A program made the translations under genes and the position numbers. Source: Octopus vulgaris (taxonomy: Eukaryota). From it: DNA of 64,000 nucleotides. The DNA is taken from the NCBI GenBank assembly GCA_951406725.2, contig OX597815.1, positions 108,004,001 through 108,068,000 on the forward strand, read 5' to 3'. Shown here piece by piece: positions 54,656-64,000 of the stretch; position 1 is the stretch's first letter, and the number at the start of each line of letters is the position of its first letter. The notes beneath the pieces are model-generated. The model worked only from the letters and a program-made list of their open reading frames with translations. It had not been told where the DNA came from and searched no databases.

Positions 54656-54660
<5 letters not shown>
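52903..54660. mobile_element. 1.76-kb AT-rich element bounded by ~130-bp inverted repeats, PLE/retrozyme-like
   Basis: Arms 52903-53036 and 54535-54660; internal diverged direct repeat ~53230-53555 / 53860-54212; HHR at 54396-54500; (TA)n on both sides. Confidence 0.7.
54396..54500 (+). ncRNA. Type-I hammerhead ribozyme, canonical core, palindromic stem III
   Basis: CTGATGA (54400)-GTGGCTATATTTA...TAAATATAACCAC-GAAA (54484)-CACGTG-TC; GUC triplet; stem I short with one mismatch. Confidence 0.8.
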
Positions 54661-54694
<34 letters not shown>

Positions 54695-54697
<3 letters not shown>

Positions 54698-55564
54698 CGT
54701 GTGATGGGTGAATTGTCTCTATTTTATATTTTTAATTTTGTGCATGTTCATTGTTTGTTTTGGATTTTGTCAACTACACAGTATAGTAGTGTCAGTTGGG
54801 CACTGTCTGCGATAAAAGCACCACCAAGACGCTACTATTTTGTCAGAAATTTTGAAACAACATGCTGTACTGCTTAACATTCATGCTGGAAGCTCCAATA
54901 TGAACATTACAGAGTGTCTGGGTGTCAATCTGAGGACATGTACCAAGAGTGATAAAAATTAAACATCCAGTCAACATCATGGTGTTTGGAATTATCACTA
55001 GTGATGGTGACGTTATGCCTCCATTAATCTTCCCACATGGCCTCAGACTCAATATGGAAACCTACATCTAGTGCCTGGAAGAGGTTGTGCTGCCCTGGGT
55101 CAAGAGGGTGGCTGCTGGAAGACCTTATGTCTGGCAACAGGACTCTGCATCATGCCACACAAGCAGGAGAACCCAGTCATGGCTGTCAGGCAATTTCTGT
55201 GGCCACATCACCCCTAAATCAGGCCACCTAACTCCCCACACTGCTATCTCTTGATTATTATGTGTGGTGTGCATTTGAGTTAGAGACCAACAAAACCTCC
55301 TTCAAACACCAAAGATGAACTGAAGGCCAAGATTATGGCAGCCTTCACCAACTTAAAAAAGGGAACCATCCAGAAGAGCTGCAGAAGATTCTGAAATCGT
55401 CCGGAGGTTGTGGTTGAAGCGAATGGCGATTTTGTTGAATAAATTTACTCCTAAGTACTTCAAAATAATTTTATCAAATTTTGGTAAATACATCTGTTAA
55501 AATGAGATGTCAGTGTTATTTTCCTTTTTGCATAATTTAGATGATGTTCATTCATCGCACACTG
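54695..55564 (+). mobile_element. maT-like DD37D element copy, internally deleted
   Basis: TA-CAGCGTGTGATG...CATCGCACACTG; same transposase remnant as 2870-3738. Confidence 0.88.
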
Positions 55565-55575
55565 TGTGTGTATAT

Positions 55576-55623
<48 letters not shown>

Positions 55624-55625
<2 letters not shown>

Positions 55626-55923
55626 TGTTATATTTCGGAATGGTCATTTTGCCAGTTTAGCCAATAAAAACACACGCACTATATATTTGGAGTTACTTTG
55701 CTTCAGTGTTATTTATTTTTTACATTAATCTTAATCTTATAAGTGAGAAGAAAACAAAGGACCACTGATGCGGTCACAGGAGTGTGAGGAAAGAACTCTG
55801 GCCGAAATAAGATTAAGATTAATGTAAAAAATGAATAACACTGAAGCAAAGTAACACCAAATATATAGTGCGTGTGTTTTTATTGGCTAAACTGGCAAAA
55901 TGACCATTCCGAAATATAACAAT
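55624..55923. repeat. ~117-bp inverted repeat with a partial HHR in the spacer
   Basis: Arms 55624-55740 and 55807-55923; CTGATGC-GGTCA...TGGCC-GAAA at 55765-55807. Confidence 0.85.
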
Positions 55924-55978
55924 ATCTGTTTCAACACACGACTTCACATAAAAAATCTTGCACAACAAATATTTAAAC

Positions 55979-56033
<55 letters not shown>

Positions 56034-56133
56034 CACATACATATATATATATACCCCAGCATGGCCACAGCTTGTGAGCTGAAACTAGATAAAAAAAATA
56101 AATAAATACACATATATATATATATATATATAT

Positions 56134-56181
<48 letters not shown>

Positions 56182-56330
56182 CCACTCTGCTGAGTGGTTG
56201 GTGTTAAGATGGGCATCCAGCTATAGGAAACCACGCCAAATCAGACTGAAGTCTGGTGCAGTCTTCCAATGTGCCAGCATGGAAGGCAGACGTTAAGTGA
56301 TGCTGCTGCTGATGATGACACACACACATA

Positions 56331-56500
56331 TAATTGGGATGTTAAAAACACACCTACATTGATAGAAATAAGAGCTAAAATGCTCTACTGCTGTAGTTAA
56401 TGCACATGAATAGAAACGTATACACTAAGAGGGACCATAATTGTCAGAGTATTTTAGCTCTTATTTCTAGCAGTGTAGGTGTTTCTTAACACCCTAGTTA
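56331..56500. repeat. ~55-bp imperfect inverted repeat
   Basis: tgttaaaaacacacctaca...tagaaataagagctaaaat / attttagctcttatttcta...tgtaggtgtttcttaaca. Confidence 0.75.
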
Positions 56501-56619
56501 CATTTAGTGACAATTATAATTCTCCTTTTAGGTGAAATATTGCAACCTGCTGTTTATGTCAATTTTGCACATACGCACACACATATATGAATATATATAG
56601 TATATATAGATTACATATG

Positions 56620-57025
56620 CATATCATCGTCATCATCATCACTTAACGTTTCATTTACGTGCTGGCATGGGTTGGACGATTAGACAGGGACTGGCTTGGT
56701 AAAAGACTGCACCAGTCTTCACAGACTTTTTGGCCGGATTTTTACAGCTGGATGCTCTTCTTAACCACAACCAGATTACAGAATAGACTGAGTGCTTTTT
56801 ACATGGCACCAACTATATGTATTTATATCATCCTCCTCCTCCTCATCATCATCATTTAACGTCCATGCTAGCATGGGATAGATGGTTTGACTGAGCTGGC
56901 ACACTGGAAGGCTGTGCCAGGCTCCAGACTGATTTTGCATGGTTTTCTTTGGCTGGATGCTCTTCTTAATGCCAACCACTCAGAAAGTGTAAAGGGTGCT
57001 TTTACATGCCACCAGCACTGATGCC
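56620..57025 (-). mobile_element. Two adjacent family A repeats
   Basis: Two (cat)n tails plus bodies. Confidence 0.8.
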
Positions 57026-57036
57026 TTTTGTTTGTT

Positions 57037-57074
<38 letters not shown>

Positions 57075-57144
57075 TGAATGCACTTGACTTAATGGTCAAA
57101 GTATTATACTCACAATAATGAGATTACGTTTTCAATTCCCCATG

Positions 57145-57572
57145 AGATTCTTTATTAAACACAGCAATCGTTTCAACCCATCTCACATTGATCCCTCACA
57201 AGTGAGATGCTACACAACTGTGTAGTATCGCAAGTGAGATACTACACATCCTTCAGTGCAGATATGTCTCATCCAGTGACTTTTCAAATAGTACCTCACT
57301 CAATAAACTTAGTTTTGCTTGGTTTGATTATACAACATGTCATTATTTGCCTGTATGTGGTTTCCTGTAGGATTCACAGATTAAAGACAAGCAAATAACA
57401 ACATGCTGTATAATCGAACCAAGTGAAACCAAGATTATTGAGTGAGGTACCTTTTGAAAAGTCACCTGATGAGACACATCTTCACAGAAGGATGCCATTT
57501 GTATAGTATCTTACCCATGAGGGATCGGTGCAAGATGGTTTGAAATGACCATTGTGATTAATAAAGGATCTT
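57145..57572. repeat. ~200-bp inverted repeat with an HHR motif in each arm
   Basis: + arm TCAC-CTGATGA-GAC...GTTT-GAAA-TGACCA-TT-GTGA (57462-57557); degenerate mirror copy on the minus strand at 57160-57282. Confidence 0.8.
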
Positions 57573-57669
57573 GTGAATTCCAATGTTGTGTATCATTAAA
57601 GTATGAAACCATTAGTAGCTCTTTTGTAAATTGTGTATATCAAATTATATATATGATATATTCTATTCA

Positions 57670-57890
57670 TTTTGTTATGTCTAGGGAGAGTCATTATGTT
57701 AATATAATTAAAACACACACACACTGGTTCAATTCACTCATTTATTAAATAGGCATTGAGAAGATTGCAAGAAGCAATGAAAGAGATTTGACAAACAAAA
57801 ACAAACAATTGGATACTTAATAAATGAATGGAATTGAACCAGTGTGTGTTAATGTTATTGGTGTAACAACTCTCCCTAGACACAACAAAA
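57670..57890. repeat. Imperfect inverted repeat
   Basis: tttgttatgtctagggagagt...cacactggttcaattc / gaattgaaccagtgtg...actctccctagacacaacaaa; the downstream flank matches 55925-55965. Confidence 0.75.
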
Positions 57891-60077
57891 TTTGTTTCAA
57901 CACAAGAGTTCACATAAAGAATCTTGCAAACCAAGTACAAAAATGAAATATTCCATTCAGTTTATGTTTCTATTTTAAAATGTGTTATACTAGGATTATG
58001 ACATTGTGGACAAGCTCATTGAAATCTTGAATGCATACTTCATTGTTATATATTTCATCACATTTATTTCATATGACTTCATATCATTTGCTTTCTGCAT
58101 GAAGAGAAACCTTTTGTAGTAGTTTTTCAATTTCAAGTTACTATCTACAAAAAGTAATAAGTATACCTATAGTCTTACTTTGATTTCAGATTAACTGAGG
58201 TTTTGCCATGGCTAGTGTCTGCACTGACAATACTGTATTGATTTACAAACTTCTAACTTTAAAATTTATGTTATTGCTAATAAATTTGAAACAAATTAAG
58301 AAGCCATGAAACAGTGGCTTAAAAGTTTAGTATGAAAGAACTGGTGCTCTAAAAATAAATTACTATTTATTAGTGAATGGAAAATATGATATTTCTCTAC
58401 TGTTTTTATTTCCACAAACTTTTATTGTTAACATAGAGAAGGCTCGACCAAAAGAAAAATCTTTTACCAAAATAATAACATGGAATTTAAAAATAGTTAA
58501 TGGAAAATGAAAAAATAAAAATATGCCAAAAGCTATTGATTCCTACGATTATTGTGCATATATGTGTGTGTGATAGAGTGAGAGAGTGGAGAGAAAGAGA
58601 CAGAGAAATGGTGGACAAACGACTGTCCTTTTGCACAGCATGTTGTGTGTCACAAAACACTATCAAACAACTCATTAGTTTCTGTGTTGCTTTGAAGAAC
58701 TTTGATAACATAGTGAATATAAAGAAGCCAAGTGAAACCTGCAAACTTCCTTTGATTAAATTGTTAAAAAAGACAATAAATAAACAACTAAAATAAATCA
58801 TATATGAGAGAAGCATATGGTATTAAATAAAAATTTATTGAGCATCAAAGGAAGGATATTGTTCTATAGAGGTAAAATTTAAAGTTTAATAAGGTTATTG
58901 ATGTTGCATATTTGTCAATTAATATGGTTTCATGATATAATAAAGAACTTGGTGATGATAAAGAAACAGAGTTAGTTTTGCACACTGAAAATATGTCTTG
59001 GTTATAGTTAAAAGCTTGATAATCCATTTAATCTACAGATTTCGCTATAAATCTAATTTCTCATCCATAATTGATGATGATGATGATGATGATGAATTTT
59101 GAAGATTGAGTTGAAAAACAGCTACTTCTCATTTTATTCTTTTTTTTTTATTTTAATGGCTTTGTCAGAGAAAGAAGGGCTACATGAAACTTTTCATGAT
59201 TTCTATGACTGTAAGGAAGAAAGGAGGAAGTTATTTTGAAACCTGAGATCTGACCCAAAAGCTTGCATTGGACTGGACACTGTTAAACATAGCCAAGGAC
59301 CAGAAGGTTCTTGACTACCTTGCTGACCAAGAAGAAAATGGTTTCTCTGGTGGGTTTAACCTGGTTTGTATCAAGTAAATTTTACTCATTCTGCTTTGGT
59401 TAACTGCGATTATGGTGCTGCACAGTGGTGTTACTCAGTGATTTTGAATGAGAAATATATAGTTGTAGAACAAACTTCTTAAATACAGTTATGCTTGTGA
59501 CATTTGAACCTGTTCATTGTACAGTCAGCCATCACTTGTGAGCAAATACAATTTAGTAAAAATGTATCGCTCTGTCCCTAATTATTTTAGATGCCTATCT
59601 TGTTGTGAAGAGACATAGATACCTTCTGAGACCACACACTCTTTATTCAGTGGAGTATCCAGAATATCACTGCTAAAGAGAGAGAGGGTTGCACCAACAC
59701 TTATTACAGCTGAGTTGAGTAGAGTAAGTGAAATAGTGTGACTTGCTCAAGGCCACAATGTACCACCAGGTCCAGGAATTGAATCCATAATCTTATGCTC
59801 ATAGGCTGAGCACCCAATCCAATAGGCCACTTGCCTTCAAGAACCTGCATTAAGGTAAAACAAAACTTATAAGATAATCAATTATATTTACAACAACAGA
59901 AAATTATAGGAAACTCTATTGAAATGTCACTGATACACATTCCTCAAATATATATATACATATATATATATATATATGCAAGTGCAAATGATGGCTGACG
60001 ACTAGCGTCACACTTGAAACTCAAGAGTACCAATGAATTTGAATAAAACTGTTTTGATCCATATGCATACATATATA

Positions 60078-60117
<40 letters not shown>

Positions 60118-60398
60118 CATATATATGTATGATTATATCAAATAAGTCAAATCCAAGGAAGATAACAATCCATGTCTTCATGTCTTGTTTTTGTTTACCA
60201 AATTTCTCATGTTTTCATTGGGACTTTCCAGGACTTCCCATGTTTTAATCCAAAATGGAGACAAACACCAATTTTTTATATGATTGGGTTGAATAATTTC
60301 CATAAGATGAAGCAAATGGTAGTCTTAATACACAAATAAAGAATCTTTATCCACCTATGTGGTACTGAGCACTCATTCTCATTGTTCAATATGTACAT

Positions 60399-60431
<33 letters not shown>

Positions 60432-60489
60432 CACACACACCCACACACACACACATATTTATATATATTCTCTCTCTCTCTCTCTATTA

Positions 60490-60932
60490 TTCTTTTACTT
60501 GTTTCAGTCATTTGACTGTGGCCATGCTGAAGCACCACCTTTAGTCGAGCTAATCGACCCCAGGACTTATTCTTTGGAAGCTTAGTACTTATTCTATTGG
60601 TCTCTTTTGCCAAACCGCTAAGTTACAGGGATGTAAACACACCAGCATTGGTTGTCAAGCGATGTTGGGGGGGACAAACACAGACACACATACATATATA
60701 TATATATACATATGACAGGCTTCTTTCAGTTTCCGTCTACCAAATCCACTCACAAGGCTTTGGTCAGCCCAAGGCTAAAGTAAAAGACACTTGCCCAAGT
60801 GCACATTCATTCTTTGTAGGCCTATTTCTTATTCTATTGGTCTCTTTTGCCAAACTGCTAAGTTACAGGGATGTAAACACACCAACATCGATTGTCAAGC
60901 AATGGTGAGGGGACAAACACAGACACACAAAC
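60490..60932 (-). mobile_element. SINE family B with a partial internal duplication
   Basis: 60826-60930 repeats 60586-60690. Confidence 0.85.
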
Positions 60933-60947
60933 ATATATATATATAAT

Positions 60948-61220
60948 TTTTAATTTTGGTTTTAAATGATGTATTTTCAAATTAATTTCCGTTAAATTAC
61001 GTTGACTTGATATATCATTTTAAAGCCTGTTTTACGCTCTATCTAATCGTGCTACTCTTTAAGCCATTTTTTCTAGAACGGTGAATACAACATGGACAAA
61101 AAGCAAATTCACACAATTTTCTTATTCCAGTTCAAGCTAGGCTGAAAAGCTGCTGAAAAAGCTAGCGATATCAACAATGCATTTTGCCCAGGAACCACTA
61201 TTGAATGTACAGCACAATGT
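60948..61220 (+). mobile_element. Mariner (cecropia/Hsmar1-like) 5' fragment
   Basis: MDKKQIHTIFLFQFKLG*KAAEKASDINNAFCPGTTIECTAQ from ATG 61092. Confidence 0.85.
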
Positions 61221-61412
61221 TAAAATTTACATCATCATTCACAGAAGAAAGTAAATCATTTTTTCTTCCCTTCTACTAAACTATCAGAAAGTAAAAAATA
61301 TCTCCATTTGAAATAGGAATTGAATAACTGATTAACAAACAAATTACAACTGGGTGGGTGATATGTGTTGCTTGTAGAGAAAACACAAAGGAACTGATAA
61401 TATGCATGTATG

Positions 61413-61439
<27 letters not shown>

Positions 61440-61443
<4 letters not shown>

Positions 61444-61600
61444 GATCCACAAAGAGCAGAACTTATCTGCAGCTCTTGGTGCTCCAAATCGGAGGTGCAA
61501 TCTATGTGAGTGCCTTTTCAGAACATTGTCTTCTTTAAAAAGCCACATCAGATGCCATGCGGTGCTAAGGTGTAGGTAGAGTAGATAACCACCATATAGA
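61440..61600 (+). mobile_element. LINE (RTE-type) extreme 3' end with a C2H2 finger
   Basis: CNLCECLFRTLSSLKSHIRCH followed by a stop and a (TAGA)n tail. Confidence 0.5.
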
Positions 61601-61619
61601 TAGATAGATACATACATAC

Positions 61620-61997
61620 TCTCTCTTTTACTCTTTTACTTGTTTCAGTCATTTCACTGCAGCCATACTGGAGCACCGCCTTTAGTCGAGCAAATCGACC
61701 CTGGGACTTATTCTTTGTAAGCCCATTACTTATTCTATCGGTCTCTTTAGCTGAATCGCTAAGTGACGGGGACGTAAACACACCAGCATCGGTTGTCAAG
61801 CAATGCCAGGGGGACAAACACAGACACACAAACACATACATATAACATATATACGACAGGCTTCTTTCAGTTTCTGTCTACCAAATCCACTCACAAGGCA
61901 TTGGTCGTCCTGGGGCTATAGCAGAAGACATTTGCCCAAGATGCCATGCAGTGGAACTGAACCCGGAACCATGTGGTTGGTTAGCAAGCTACTTACA
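61620..61997 (-). mobile_element. Near-full SINE family B
   Basis: Matches 34778-35410 without the insert. Confidence 0.9.
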
Positions 61998-62369
61998 TAA
62001 ATATTGATCAAATTGAGTTTCACCATTAAAGGAAAAAATCAAAATTTCAGTCATTTTCTATGAAAGAAATGCTTTGCACTAACTTTCTGGTATTTTATAT
62101 ATCATTGACTGAAGTAGATAATTAAAACCAGCAATAAAACTAGAAATAATTTATATTCAACATTATTAGAATATATAAGCATTTTAAACAAGGAATAGGA
62201 AAAAATTAATAGAATTCAGTAGCCAGACAAACAAATATATACAACATTATGTATGAAGGTACTTTTAGAACAAAATTCTCATATATAAACAATTGCAGCA
62301 TGGAAGGTGTTTATAAGCCATTTAAAAACACACAAAAACTGTTAGATTCACTTCAACATTTAAATTTAA

Positions 62370-62420
62370 TTTGTCAAAATATTTTTGTCGCTTTGAGACT
62401 GCAACCTTTACCCTGACAAA
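62370..62420 (-). ncRNA. HHR-shaped three-way junction with degenerate core
   Basis: Minus strand: TTTGTCA-gggtaaag-GTTGC-agtctcaaa-GCGAC-AAAA-ATAT-TT-TGACAAA. Confidence 0.4.
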
Positions 62421-64000
62421 ATTTCCTGCTCCAGCTGAGAAAGTAACAGTTAGTTCACGATATATATGTATGTATGTATGTGCGTATGTATGTATGTATG
62501 TATGTATGTACGCACGTAGGTACGTATGCATATATGTATGTATGCATACATACACAACAAATAAAATTGAATTGAAATTTGCCTCTTATTTGGAGAAAGA
62601 AAACAGAAAACTAGTGACAGTTAGGGACTGTCAAAAGAAAGGGGAGATAATTTCAAGAAATTAAGAATTAATCTCAAAGTTAATTCACATGCTAAGAGGA
62701 AAGGACAGTTTGATCTTCGTTTGCAACCAAAGGACAATTAGATTTAATCAACATATTACAGTCTATTTAAGTCTATAATGAGTTGACAGAAATTTTTACA
62801 TTTAGAGAAAGTGTTATGGACAAATCTTGGCTAATATATTATTTACATAATTAAAAATAAAGTGAGCTAAGAGAAATAATTCAGATGGCCTAATGTCATG
62901 AATTTGGATAAATAAGTCGAAAGATGACTATTAAGTTAAGGGAGTATTAACCTTTAAGACATCTGGATTGACATGCTAGAATAGAATATGTTGTTTCAGC
63001 ATGGTATCCTACACCTTATACAATTTTAGTACATGGAACTAACATTGCGAGTTACTAAACACAGACACTTGTGCTAACTAGCATCATGTTTTATATTTTG
63101 TAACATCTAACATTATTAATATTCATGAACATAGCTTTATTGTGAATTAAGCACAACCAGACAGTTACATACAATCATGATAACTTTGGACACAGTTCAT
63201 TATGCTTTACCATAATTTTGTTGTTTTTGATGTAAACATTTTACTGTCTGGCAAACATGATAGTAAACACTATTTTGCTGAGCGCTTTACCTAATTAATA
63301 AAAACTAGTGAATGTGATATGTAATTTTATATTGTATGTTTGGCATCTTGTTTGTGGGGCTTAAATTATTCACCATTCATCACAGCTAATAGTATTGAAC
63401 ATTAAATAATCACAGTTCTTCATAATTTTATGTCAATTTTTTTAATTCCATAAAATTTATTTGGGTGCCATTCAACATTTTTTTTAGATGATAGCAGTGG
63501 TTCAACCAAATAGTTAAAAGTAGACTTTAACTGAATTTTTTACACCTTGAATTTATAGTCTAGCATTGTTGTTTAGCCCAGGTCAACCTTGAATCCACAG
63601 AACTATGAGTCAAAAATATCCTAACTGTAACCATACCTATCTTTTATTCATACACAGTATATCAAGAATTGCATTACGCAATGCAGCTATTTTAACATGA
63701 TAGAGTTATTTAAGATTTAAGAGAAATTTCATTGCTATTTTCTCACAGCTCAAATGATTATATACAAACTCTTTTTTTCTGATTGTATGGTTTAATGTAT
63801 TATGCATATGCAACTGTATTTGTTCTTGCTGTGAAGTTATATTTGTGTGAGATCAAAGAGCAGACTGGTACAACTTTATGTCATAAACATTGTGATAGTC
63901 TGATTCTTGATTACATGCTTTCATGAAGCATTGGTTAATGGAGGAGCTTCTACATGGTCGTTTGACCTGCTAAAAATAGAAACTGAATTTCCTTTAAATC

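Noticed and set aside
59169-59375. Coding exon after a polypyrimidine-AG acceptor
   Set aside because: Stops occur in all three frames within 90 nt
61358-61579. Host C2H2 zinc-finger gene exon
   Set aside because: A single finger with no TGEKP linker, wedged between microsatellites; it fits a LINE ORF2 C-terminus better

Overview
AT-rich eukaryotic (animal) intronic or intergenic DNA made almost entirely of repeats. The SINE families and microsatellite load resemble an octopod cephalopod genome (inference). I find no intact host protein-coding gene, and nearly every ORF in the supplied track is a microsatellite or SINE artefact. Recognisable content: three tRNA-headed SINE families; many RTE-LINE 3' ends with (GAT)n tails; degenerate mariner (DD34D) and maT-like (DD37D) transposons; one full-length dead piggyBac; Helitron, CR1/L2-like, REL-endonuclease and Penelope-like (PLE) remnants; and several MITEs. 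The most notable signal is about a dozen type-I hammerhead-ribozyme (HHR) motifs in several unrelated sequence families (CTGA[T/A]GA, stem II, GAAA, short palindromic stem III, NTH). Most lie in or beside (TA)n-anchored fold-back inverted repeats with 50-200 bp arms. This suggests a diverse population of non-autonomous PLE/retrozyme-like elements, and a PLE RT/GIY-YIG relic lies in the same window. All alignments, pairings and translations were read by eye, so coordinates are approximate unless a TSD or TIR is quoted.
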